A stretch of 64,000 nt of DNA from Mobula birostris (Eukaryota): positions 109,358,408 through 109,422,407 of the forward strand of contig NC_092379.1 in NCBI RefSeq assembly GCF_030028105.1. Reading direction: 5' to 3'. Position 1 is the stretch's first letter. Every line of letters begins with the position of its first letter. A program made the translations under genes and the position numbers. Below the pieces are notes generated by a model that saw only the letters and a program-made list of their open reading frames with translations, had not been told where the DNA came from and did no database searches. Below, one piece after another: positions 21,669-33,319 of this stretch.

Positions 21669-22884
21669 TACTTTTTTTCATAGATGTTGCCTGACCTGCT
21701 GAGTTCCTCCAGCATTTTGTGTGTGTTGCTTGGATTTCCAGCATCTGCAGATTTTCTCTTGTTTGTCAATGAAAGAACACCCAGCATGGGTTTTCAACCA
21801 GAGTACAGAAGACAACAAACTGTGCAAATACAAAAAGGAAGTAATAATAATAAATAAATAAGCAATAAATATTGAAAACATGAGATGAAGAGTTCTTGAA
21901 AGTGAGTCCATTGGTTGTGAGAACATTTCCATGATGGGGCAAATGAAGTTGAGTTGAAGTTATCCCCTTTGGTTCAAGAGCCTGATTGTTGAGGGGTAGA
22001 AACTGTTTCTGAAACTGCTGCTTTGAGTCCTGAGGCTCCTGTACTTTCTTCCTGATGGCAGTGGTGAGAAGAGAGCATGTCCTGGGTGGTGGGGGTCCTT
22101 GTTGATGGATGCTGTTTTTCTGGGACAGTGTTTCATGTAGATGTGCTCAATGGTGGGGAGGGCTTTACCCATGATGTACTGGGCTGAATCTACTACTTTT
22201 TGTAGGATTTTCTGTTCAAGGGCATTGGTATTTCCATACCAAGCTGTGATGTGGCCAGTCAATATACTCTCCACCAAACATCTATAAAAGTTTGTCAAAG
22301 TTTTAACTGACACGTCAAATCTCTGCAAACTCCTAAGGAAGTAGAGGTGCTGCTGTACTTTTTTCATAATTGCGCTTACGTGCTGGACCTGGACAGGTCT
22401 TCTGAAATATTAACACCAAGGAATTTAAATTTGCTCACCCTCTACACCTCTGATCCTCCGATGAAAACAGGCTCATGGACCTTTGGTTTCCTCTTGTGAA
22501 GTCAATAATCAGCTCCTTGCTCTTTCTGACATTGAGTGAGAGGTTGTTGCTATGGCGCCACTCAGCCAGGTTTTCAATCTCCCTCCTATATGCTGATTCA
22601 TCACAAAGGTGGTGATGAGTCAGCATATAGGATGGCGATTGATTCGGTCTATGACAACTTGAATATGGCACTGGAGCTGTGCTTAACCATACAGTCATTG
22701 GAGTAAAACAAGTAGTGCAGGGGGCTAAGCACACAGGAGATCATTGTCAATCCGAATTGAAAGCGAGGAACTTGTGGATATACTGATTGTCCACTGGTGT
22801 AGAAAAGGATCTTCACAACTCCTGTCAGTCTTGTATAGTCATTAAAGAGATCTTGTCTGAATCGGTCCGAGCTGTGCAGTCTGG

Positions 22885-23384
22885 ATACTATATAGAGAGA
22901 GTGCAGAGGAGATTTACAAGGATGTTGCCTGGATTGGAGGGCATGAGTTATGAGAATAGGTTGAGTGAACTTGACCTTTTTTCCTTGGAGAGATGGAGGA
23001 TGAGAGGTAACCTGATAGAGGTGTTTAAGAGGATGAGAGGCATTGATCATGTGGATAGCCAGAGGCTTTTTCCCAGGGCTGAAATGGCTAACACAAGGGG
23101 GCATAGTTTTAAAGTGCTTGGAAGTAGGTACCTGGGGTTGTCAGGGATAGGTTTTTCACACAGAGTAATGGGTGCGTGGAATGCACTGCCGGCGGCTGTG
23201 GTGAAAGTGAATACAATAGGGTCTTTTAAGAGCCTCTTATATGGGTACATGGAGCTTAGAAAAATAGAGGGCTGTGGGTTAGGGAAATTCTAGGCAGTTT
23301 CTAGAGTAGGTTGCATATTTGGCACAACATTGTGGGCCAAAGGACCTGTAATGTGCTGTAGATTTTCTATGTTCTATGTTCTAG
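22885..23384 (+). mobile_element. CR1 3' end
   Basis: IERVQRRFTRMLPGLEGMSYENRL...AWNALP...; tail (TTCTATG)n. Confidence 0.93.
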
Positions 23385-23576
23385 TACTAAGAACTTTTCT
23401 TTAAATTTTAATATTTACCTTTCAGAATGATGGTCTCTGTGACTTCTCAAACTGTAGTCACGAGCCTGATCTGTTAAAAGCTTAAAGGTTGCAACCATCC
23501 TTCCCTGATCACTAGGATAAACCTTCTCCATTCATCTCAACCCTGACTCTTGCACACAGCAACTGATCATGAACGT

Positions 23577-25402
23577 CCATAGACCATAAGACAAAGGAGC
23601 AGAAGTAGGCCATTCAGCCCATCGAGTCTGCTCCGCCATTTTATCATGAGCTGATCCATTTTATCCTATTTAGTCCCACTGCCCCGCCTTCTCACCATAA
23701 CCTTTGATGCCCTGGCTACTCAGATACCTATCAATCTCTGCCTTAAAGACATACAATGACTTGGCCTCCACTGCTGCCCATGGCAACAAATTCCATAGAT
23801 TCACCACCCTCTGACTAAAAAAATTTTTTCACATTTCTGTTCTGAAAGGGCGCCCTTCAATCCTGAAGTCATGCCCTCTCGTACTAGACTCCCCCATCAT
23901 GGGAAACAACTTTGCCACATCCACTCTGTCCATGCCTTTTAACATTCGAAATGTTTCTATGAGGTCTCCCCTCATTCTTCTAAACTCCAAGGAATACAGT
24001 CCAAGAGCGGACAAACGTTCCTCATATGTTAACCCTCTCATTCCCGGAATCATTCTAGTGAATCCTCTCTGTACCCTCTCCAACGTCAGCACATCCTTTC
24101 TTAAATAAGGAGACCAAGTACTCCAAGTGAGGTCTCACCAGTGCCTTATACAGCCTCAACATCACATCCCTGCTCTTATACTCTATTCCTCTAGAAATGA
24201 ATGCCAACATTGCATTTGCCTTTTTCACTACCGACTCAACCTGGAGGTTAACTTTAAGGGAATCCTGTACGAGAACTCCCAAGTCCCGTTGCATCTCAAA
24301 ACTTTGAATTCTTTCCCCACTTAAATAATAGTCTGCCCATTTATTTTTTCTGCCAAAGTGCACAACCATACACTTTCCAACATTGTACTTCATTTGCCAC
24401 TTCTCTGCCCATTCTTCCAATCTATCCAAGTCTCTCTGCAGACTCTCTGTTTCCTCAGCACTACTGGCCCCTCCACCTATCTTCGTATCGTCAGCAAACT
24501 TAGCCACAAAACCATTTATTTCATAATCCAAATCGTTGATGTACAATGTAAAAAGAAGCGGCCCCAACACTGATCCCTGTGGAACACCACTGGTAACCGG
24601 CAGCCAACCAGAATAGGATCCCTTTATTCCCACTCTCTGTTTCCTGCCAATCAGCCAACGCTCTATCCACGTATGTAACTTTCCTGTAATTCCATGGGCT
24701 CTTATCTTGTTAAGCAGCCTCATGTGTGGCACCTTGTCAAAGGCCTTCTGAAAATCCAAATATACAACATCCACTGCACCTCCCTTGTCTAGCCTACTGG
24801 TAATTTCCTCAAAAAATTGTAATAGGTTTGTCAGGCAGGATTTTCCTTTAAGGAATCCATGCTGAGTTCTGCCTATCTTGTCATATGCCTCTAGGTACTC
24901 TGTAACCTCATCCTTGACAATTGACTCCAACAACTTCCCAACCACCGACGTCAAGCTAACAGGTCTATAATTTTCTTTTTGCTTCCTTGCCCCCTTCTTA
25001 AATAGCGGAGTGACATTTGCAATCTTCCAGTCTTCCGGAACCATGCCAGAATCTATCGACTTTTGAAAGATCATCGCTAATGCCTCCGCAATCTCCACAG
25101 CGACTTCCTTCCGAACACGAGGGTGCATTCCATCTGGTCCAGGAGATTTATCTACTTTTAGCCTATTCAGCTTCCTGAGTACTTTCTCTGTCGTAATTGT
25201 GACTGCGCACACTTCTCTTCCCTGCCACCCTTGAGTGTCCGGTATACTGCTGATGTCTTCCTTGGTGAAGACTGATGCAAAATACTCGTTCAGTTCCTCT
25301 GCCATCTCCTCATCTCCCATTACAATTTCTCCAGTATCATTTTCTATCGGTCCTATATTTACTCTCACCTGTCTTTTACTCTTTATATACTTGAAAAAAA
25401 AG
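23577..25402 (-). mobile_element. Young CR1 LINE, 5'-truncated (about 1.8 kb)
   Basis: Complete RT domain, C-terminus, 3'UTR and tail. Confidence 0.97.
24055..25402 (-). pseudogene. CR1 ORF2 reverse transcriptase fragment (453-aa open frame, defective)
   Basis: KSPGPDG, NYRPVSLTS, QHGF, LDFQKAFDKVPH, GVPQGSVLGP and FADD motifs. Frameshifting deletion after PHLEY (about 24117) and TGA at 23829-23831. Confidence 0.95.
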
Positions 25403-25769
25403 TCCCTCCTCCTCAATCCCCTTTTTACGTCCTCCTCTTCCTAGACTGACAATCCTAATCTCAACCAGAATCCAGACCCAACCCACAACTTTTTTGCATT
25501 TATTTGCATACTATGCTATCTTAGAATGCAAGAGATAAAGCTTTTAAGTTCAAGGTCAGTTCCGCAGCATCTGATATTTTAGGTACTATAGGTTTTTCAA
25601 CAGCAGAACCTCAAATAAGATGTTTACATTTCTTCTACAAATACAAAATTAAAGTTCCTTGGATTTTAACCTGCTTCAACAAAAAGTTAAGATTCAGATG
25701 ATGGTTTATATTTATTACTGTTCAATCAATATTTTTGTTGACCTATTTTACTTCTTACTGAGAAGCAAA

Positions 25770-25857
25770 GATTGGTCTTGGCCTGAAATGCCGACCGTTT
25801 TTTCTTCTTCATGCTGTAGATGCTGCCTAATCTGCTGAACATTTTTGTGTGTTGTGA
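25770..25857 (+). mobile_element. Solo PLE terminal fragment
   Basis: GGTCTTGGCCTGAAATGCCGAC...AGATGCTGCCTAATCTGCTGA...TTTTGTGTGTTG. Confidence 0.65.
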
Positions 25858-26928
25858 TGAATAACTAGACACCTGATTCCAGAGTGAAAATATTTAAAGC
25901 ATAAGAAAAAATAAACCACAAAGTTTCAATGAAGTGACGCCAGACTTGGCTTTGAAAGGCAGGCTGATTTGATCTCTTTTTTCGTGTGTGAAACTCAGCT
26001 GTCTAACATGGATACCACAGGATGTATACAAGTGACATCATATTCAGGACAGCATATTTCACATACCTTTGAGTTAATTTGCATCAGTTTTTCTCTTTCT
26101 TGATATACTGGCATTCATTTTGTCCCCTCCATTTATGAAAGTGGTCTTCTGCTTTCAATCCCTTTCTGAGCCGTTTCTGTTGCCAATACTCTACTGCTCT
26201 GCCCCAAGTGATTGGCATTTTACTTGAGTAATGATAAAAGAACTTAAAATGGCGGAAATACAGCTTTGAATTACTCAGAGCAGCAGTAAGATGCAGGAAA
26301 TGGTGGCTGCACCAGGGAAGTGGGTGAAAAGAGCTTGCGGTGTTTGTTCATTTTTATATGCTGGCCAAATGCACAGGATGTACTTAGATACTGCAAAAGC
26401 AAGGAAGGTTTGGAAAGATAAGGAGTTCTATGGTTTTGAAGCCTTGGCAAAAACAACAAACAGTGGAATAATATTAACAGTCTAGAAATTGGTTTGCACC
26501 TTTTTTTCACAATTGTGTTTCTCTCAAAAATAAGTAATAGACTATTTTGCACAAAGAGAAACAAGACCTAATTGGCTACAGTAAATTAAGCCCAGTTGTT
26601 GGGACCAATCAATGAAAGAAGTAGCTCCCATATCAGGTGCTGTGGATGTTATTATCTGCTGGCATGCAGATGGTATTGATGGACAATTGGATTTTCTGCC
26701 CCCTTATCTAGATATGGCATTGCGAATAGATCACAAGTCTTAATTTTTTTCTCCTCTGCAGAGTCAGATGTATGTGCAAAAGGACTCTGCTCACGATGAA
26801 AAGAGATGTCACTAGCAGCCTCTGCTCTTACAAGTGGGAGATAATTCCTATATGCCACGAACAGGGGTTTCTGCTGTGAGTGGCACGCAGGTGAGGCTTC
26901 GTGTATTGTCCACATGCAGATTATTTTT

Positions 26929-27176
26929 GGGATGGCACGGTAGCTTAGCAGTTAAAATAATGCTATTCCAGTGCCAGTGACCTGGGTTTAACTCCTGTCA
27001 CTGTCTGTAAGGGGTTAATATGGTTTCCCCGAGACCACATGTGTTTCCTCCGGCTGCTCTGGTTTCCTCCCAGACTACTCTAAAAAATGTTAACTGGTCA
27101 TATTGGTGTAATTGGGCAGTGGGGCTCTTTGGGCTGGAAGCCCCCGTAACTGTTCTGTATCTTTAAATAAATAAAT
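26929..27176 (+). mobile_element. V-SINE (tRNA-derived)
   Basis: A-box GGCACGGTAGCTTAGCAGTTA, B-box GGGTTTAACTCC, V-domain GTTTCCTCCGGCTGCTCTGGTTTCCTCCCA, (TAAA)n tail. Confidence 0.85.
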
Positions 27177-27593
27177 ATTCCTTGTGATTGGGAACGTGAT
27201 CTGGTTCAACATGACACCTCTGTGTCCTTACAGCAGAGCAATCTGGTGATTGGCAGCATTTCTCGAGTCACAGAGAACTCCGAGCTACTCATGCACAACA
27301 TCCCTTTGTGAAAAGAGAAAATCAAACTATTCTTGTGACACCACTGGAAGTAGAAATCTGCTTGTAAATGGGATCTTGCTGCTTTTCAGGGAACATTTTA
27401 TTCCCCTGTCTGATATTCATGCTTTTGAAGACCTTCAAGTGGAGATCAGACTTCTAGATGGATCAATGTCCGATAGCATAGAGACAGAATGGCATTGATC
27501 GCTCCACTGTAGCTGTCACCTGTTCCATGTGAAGATTATTATTAATCCATTATAAAGAAGTGGGTATGAAATCACAATGTGCCAACTCCAGAA

Positions 27594-28020
27594 GACCATA
27601 AGATAATAGGAGCAGGATTAAGCCATTTGGCCCATCGAGTCTGCTCTGCCATTCCATGATGGTTGATTTATTATCCCTCTGATCCCCATTCTCCTGCCTT
27701 CTCCCTGTAACCTTTAAAGCCATTACTAATTAAGAAACTAATCACCTTGGCTTTAAATATATCCAGTGACAGCCTCCACAGCCACCTGTGGCAATGAATT
27801 CCACAGCTTCACCACCTTCTGGCTAAAGAAATATCTCTGTTCTAGAGGAACATCCTTCTATTCTGAGGCTGTGCCTCCTCCACTATAGGAAACATCCTCT
27901 CCAATCACTTCTCGGCCTTTTGGCTAAGTTCAAAATAAATAAATAAACAAACAAACAAACAAAAAGGAAACATCCTCTCCATCTGGGCCTTTTAATATTT
28001 GATAGGTTTATTGAAATTTC
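27594..28020 (-). mobile_element. CR1 3' end hosting a U2 retrocopy
   Basis: Homologous to 23580-23960 (GGCCCATCGAGTCTGCTCTGCCATT...GGCAATGAATTCCACAG). Confidence 0.9.
27904..27964 (+). pseudogene. RNU2: 3'-truncated U2 snRNA retropseudogene with A-rich tail and 17-bp TSD
   Basis: 27904-27933 ATCACTTCTCGGCCTTTTGGCTAAGTTCAA matches U2 nt 1-30 (ATCGCTTCTCGGCCTTTTGGCTAAGATCAA) at 28/30. Then (AAAT)n(AAAC)n. TSD AGGAAACATCCTCTCCA at 27887-27903 and 27965-27981. Confidence 0.93.
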
Positions 28021-29663
28021 ATACAACCTCCCGCAAGAGAATGGAGGTGGATTTCGTCATGGTTTTGTCAACTCTCAGATTTGGGCAGGTCGGACAACCA
28101 GTGCACATTTGTTGTCCACCTAAGTTAACCTTGAGCTGAAAAGATCTCAGTTATGTTCCTCCCCTGAGCTTACTGGGCCAGTAAGGATACATGGGCCCAT
28201 TCTCTGTATTATGAAGTGTTAAATCCAGGAAGTGTAATAGGCTGTAACAAAATGATGGCATGCTGCTGCTGGGGGACACTGGGCATTGGACTCTGTGATG
28301 TGCTATGAATGGATACACACTAAATATATACCGAGAAATGGAATCCCTTCTTGAAGTGCATCTGCCTTTGGAAATCTGGTGCCTTTTAAGTGAAATGACT
28401 CCAGTTAACTCCTTGTATTTGATATTATCTTGTTCCACAAGCAAAAACACAGTGCCTTCTTTTAGTATGAAACAGTGCTTTGTTTCTGCCAGGCTCACAG
28501 ACTCTGCATCCCTTCTATTGCCACTGCGTATTTTCAAGCAGCAGTAATTCTGAATACAGCAGGAGCTTTGAATAAACAAGTTTTAGTTTTTGCATTCACT
28601 GTGACCAATTACCTTTTGCCTTCCAAATTATAAATGGGACCATTTCATAGCAATTAATCTATCACATTAATTTTTAATTTGCAGATCTGAACTGATTACC
28701 TATTGAAGGCTGAGGACATAAATTATGGTCAATCTTTAAAGAATATGCTGCCTTTTTGTGTTTGTGCTCAAAAAGAAATTGAAAACTCTTGGCGTTTTCC
28801 AGATGATAAAATGTGAGACATCCCAGTTGTAATTTTAGAATGAGTTCAGTATGAATGTATTTATTGCTTTGCATCTAGACTTTGCCAAACAATAGGAACT
28901 AGGATTATTCATTATTGAAAGATTGTAATGAATAGAAGCATTTGAAAAATCTGTATATCTTGAAGGTCAATAACAATCCAGGAGGTTCCTACTTCCTCAG
29001 ACATCCAGTACCAATTACACATTAATTGGCTCTTCAAATATAATGTTTCTAGTAGTTTCAGCCCACTTCAACTAGTTTTTAATGCAACACTTCCCATTCC
29101 CAGCAGCAAGGCTTGGCTCCACTTGTACTCTGATGCATTCATCTCGTGCTGTCAATTGAAATGCTGAGACCGTGACTCATGCATTTCCTCCGTACAAATC
29201 TCTCACTTGTCACTCAGTGGGCTTTGTCACTATGTTTTCCTATTTTCAGCTCTGCTCTCTGAGTACGACAAAAAACAATCAGCTAGGAGTCATGGCAGTT
29301 CCAACTTCAGAAACTGCTCAGCCACCATCAAAACTGTATGTTCCTTCAGATGATGCTGTTTGGATAAGATAAAAGATTTGATTGACCACAAATTGATGCT
29401 TACACTCATTGGCCTTTAACATACAAGAATAGCCCTTTAATGCTTGCTGAATATGAAAATTAAATCTATTATTATTGATTTTCTTAAATAAAACGAGATT
29501 TATAAAAAGATGTTGAGAGGGCTGTGCAGATGTAGCACAGACTTCATTTAATAGAACTCACAGAATAAAATTAACATGTAATTAATATATAAAAAGATAA
29601 ATGGTAATTAATGTTTCTGATTGCATGGGCTAGTGATTGTAAAATTGAAAAGAAATGGAACTA

Positions 29664-30185
29664 TGAGGGGTGATTGATAAATTCGTGGCCTAAGGTAGAA
29701 GGAGTCAATTTTAGGAAACCTAGCACATTTATTTTTCAACATAGTCCCCTCCTACATGTACATACTTAGTCCAGCGGTCGTGGAGCATACGGATCTCTTC
29801 TTTGTAGAAGTCGGCATCTTGGACCTCCAGCAGTGGTCTATAGCGGGGTGAATGATAAGTTCGTGGCCTAGGGTAGAAGGAGATGAGTTATACAGCTCTT
29901 GTTACATGCATGTGCAGTTCAACTCTTTGAGTGATTATGCAGAAAGTTTGAAGTTAATAACTTATCTCCTTCTACCTTAGGCCACAAACTTATCAATCAC
30001 CCCTGCTGTGGACTACTACTGGAGGTCCAAGACGTCGACTTCTACAAAGAAGGGATCTGTATGATCCACGACCACTGGACTAAGTGTGTAAATGTAGGAG
30101 GGGACTATGTTGAAAAATAAATGTGCTAGGTTTTCTAAAATTGACTCCTTCTACCTTAGGCCACGAACTTATCAATCACCCCTTG
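29664..30185. mobile_element. Fold-back mariner-derived MITE with long inverted arms and four TIRs
   Basis: TA at 29662. Outer TIRs GAGGGGTGATTGATAA at both ends; inner TIRs start at 29845 and end at 30003. 30022-30120 encodes EVQDVDFYKEGICMIHDHWTKCVNVGGDYVEK* (mariner C-terminus), mirrored in the left arm. Confidence 0.93.
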
Positions 30186-32699
30186 TGGCATTAAAATGAT
30201 GCTGCCCATTGAACCTGCAGGCCAACAAGAGTGTTTCTCAAGCTGACTTGATATGAAAAGAACTGTGCTTTGATTCTTTGGCCTTTAGTGTCGTTATGCA
30301 CAGCATAATTTCAGGAGTCGCATAAGAAGTACAACTTCCCCCTGTGGCAGGAATGTTCAGACAGAAAAAAAAGAGTTGTTATATTAGTAACGCTGAATTG
30401 GATCAGCTATTGCTAAGGGTGGCTAAGGAGGAAACCTGCTCTTCTTGCTGATTTATTGACTTGATCATTGTCACAGTGGAGGTGAACTAGAAGGGAAAAG
30501 AAGGCAAAGAGAGAAAAGATTGAAGTGTTTGAAAGACTCTCACCAAAGAGGTTAGGAGGTGCTCTCCTCAGTGCCTAGGGACATCGGGTCTGTTAGGGAA
30601 GAACTCATGGTTTTCTTCTGTTCAGGACTTGCCAACAATTACGCTGGTAAGGAATATTCGAGCAGGCTACCTTCCTACTGTTAGACTTGCTTTCCTGGTT
30701 GAGTCCAGTCCTCTTCTCTCATTGTGTCAATTTGTTGTAAAAATGTCAAAATATACTGCAGTCAGATTGATGTCAACATGAGTTACTATAGCACACATCA
30801 CGTGAGCAGATGTCAGCATTTCATTTCACATTGTGAAATTTCAATTTCACATTGCACTCCTCTGAAGTGCTAACTGTATTTACTGATTGTTTTCACTTTC
30901 ATTTAGTCTTGTAGCACATAAAAATGTGCATGCAATTGTGTATTTTGAACATTTTTCTTCATTATTCAAAGTTTCCAGTATTCACTTGAACTGGTCATCA
31001 GATTCTGTTTTAAGAGGCTGCCTTCCTGTTTGTTCTTATGCTCAATGTACTTGGGTTTGCCCTACACTCCTGGAGACTGATGCTCATGTTTGCCCTAATG
31101 AAATTAATAGCCCATCTTATATTGTGCCTGATTTAGTCAGTTCTCGGGATATCAGGGACATATTATTACAAACACGTATCTGCTGTTTTAATTCTCTTTA
31201 TCTCTTTCTCATCTTTCTCAGCTTGATTGTGTTTTTACTCTTCCCCTTCTTTGATGACTTTGTTGATGTTTATAGCCTTCTTTCATCTTTAGTAATGCTG
31301 ATAATCTCTCATTTAAAAGAAAACTTCAAGATTCTTGAAATAGTGTCTGAACACACTCATCACAGCAACAATGTTGATTATAAAGGAACAACACCACAGC
31401 CTGTTCAATTCCTTCTGAAGATTAGAGTCAAAGATCCAGCCAGCTAAGCATAATCCCAAATCTTATGATTAAAAAGAACTGGGGTGAATTATAGGCTGGA
31501 AGGTGGGGTGGGGGTTGGGAGTGGAGGAGCAAGAGGGTGGGAGTGTCACAGCAAATCTTATCTCAGCTTTCCGGAAACCAAACCTCACAATCTTCCCTCC
31601 CGATGACATCATGTTAATGGATTGTGCATGAATCACTAACCTATTCTTTATTTTAATATTGGCCAGGATTTGCAAGTAATTTTTTTGAACATTGATTTTC
31701 ACTGGTTTTGACTCAAACTTATTTCTTTTAGTCTGTTGTTGTGCTTTGGTAGTGAAAAGCCACCAGGGTAAGCCCTTTTTCCAGAACTAGATGAGATTCC
31801 AGGAAGTGCTCTGGAGTGACACAAAAAACATGTCTTTAACACATTTTTTTTATTGTAAGGGTATTATCGATTGTGTAATGCTGTGGTAAATTGTACTAAG
31901 CAATCTAATTTCTGTGCTGACCTTATACTTCCAAACAGGAGAACATTAGCTGAGATTTGGATTTGATAGGGCATATTCTGGAGTTACGGTATATAGCAAA
32001 TACTAATTTTAACAGCAGCCAGGCTTCATATCTGAACATGGATTGTAGACTGAATTTAAAATGCAGCTCTGAACAATATCTGTCCGTTTGACTGCAGAAG
32101 CCTGCATATGCATGAATGTGGCCTGGCGTCGGTGGGAGTTAACATTCATTTTGAGTAACTAGCGTATGGGTGTGAAGAAGGAGGTGTTCGAAAACTATAT
32201 GTAATTCAAAGGAAGCATTGTAGATACAATGTCACTATAGATTTGTCCTGGCTGTTACCTTTGATCTTTAGCATATAAAAATATCATGTAATATTGGGTC
32301 AAGCAGGCACCTTCGTCCAAGAGTATCTCATTATGATGCCTGTGGCTTGCTTTTGCTGAAAAAAACACTAGCTTCTGTGTCTCTCTGGTGACTTTGTTCA
32401 CATCACAACAGGATCCACCACTGTTTTAATGAACAATGGAGCAAAGCGGAAGGAACGTTCAGGTTGGATTGCCCATTTGCCAGTTGTTCCCATCCTTTCA
32501 TAATGATGATGATGTCATTTAGATCTAATTTACATCCAGAATTGAATTAAAGATGGCATTTAAATAATGGTGTCATGAAGGATATTTAGGAAAATTAAAA
32601 ATGGAGTCAGATTTAGTTCAAGAAAAGGTGATTATGTTTATGAATGCCAATCATCTCAGGCTATGGACATAGTTGCATTTGTTTCTCAGAAAGCAACTA

Positions 32700-33300
32700 G
32701 GCCGTGTATGGGTATAATTGCTGATACTTACACATCTCAAGTCCATTTCCATTTGCTTGCAGCAAGACCTGGAAAACATGCAGGCTTGATATGACAAATC
32801 ACAAGTAACATTTGCGCTGCAGATGTGCCATTCAATAATAGCTGAATGTCTAATTATCTTTGGCACTCAATAGTATTATCATTTCAATGCCCCTTTGCCA
32901 AAAATACATAAGGAGTCGACAATGGTCGGAAATATAACAACTAGAATTGTAAGCCAGGCTTCTACTGTAAATCTACTTCATATTCTTTTCCCAGCAATTA
33001 CAAGGCATGAATCAAGTTTATAATGGAATATTCTTCACTCCATGGATGCATACAGATCCAACAGTATATAAGGAGCTTAATAACTTCTAGAATACCCTGA
33101 ATGTTCTCCCATCACTATGGCTATGGCAAAATGGACAATAGAAATTCAACCATATTTCTCAATTCCTATTCATCATTCCTATTCTCTGACATCTTGTAGG
33201 GCAAGCCAGCAGGCAAATGGATTGTAACCACTTATTAATTTCACTCAAACTAAAATACAGTCCTGACTTGGAAATAAATTACCTTCATCATCACTAGGTG
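32700..33300 (+). mobile_element. Ancient CR1-group LINE remnant
   Basis: LQQDLENMQA*YDKSQVTFA; 3' part GTCCTGACTTGGAAAT...CTTCATCATCACT is homologous to the reverse complement of 52040-52300. Confidence 0.65.
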
Positions 33301-33319
33301 TACTGTACATCCTGCTCAT

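Larger units (their letters stand above)
20152..21765 (+). mobile_element. PLE with RT and GIY-YIG remnants, inverted 5' pLTR and 11-bp TSD
   Basis: LFLRYIDDCIG (RT) at about 20320 and IGEIRCRLGDRFAEH...LEEQHLIF (GIY-YIG) at 21108-21365. 20152-20273 is an inverted copy of about 21608-21730. TSD TCAATGAAAGA at 20141-20151 and 21766-21776. Confidence 0.93.
20040..22740 (-). mobile_element. Rex1/Babar-clade LINE 3' portion, split by a PLE insertion
   Basis: ORF 21960-22367 (KKVQQHLYFLRSL...ESILTG.ITAWYG...KDPHHPGHALFSPLPSGRKYRS...FRNSFYP) and 22435-22600 (DESAYRREI...NNLSLNV.KSKELIIDF). The 3'UTR resumes at 20040-20151. Confidence 0.9.

Noticed and set aside
21960-22367. ORF resembling the DUF1891 / 'ALKBH8 N-terminal' domain as a host gene
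   Set aside because: It is the C-terminal region of Rex1/Babar LINE ORF2; several decayed copies occur in the window.
26929-27000. Functional tRNA gene
   Set aside because: The A/B boxes belong to a V-SINE head; no cloverleaf, and it continues into the V-domain.
30887-31447. 186-aa ORF with a hydrophobic stretch
   Set aside because: TTG start, T-rich composition, no recognisable domain or clear splice structure; probably chance.
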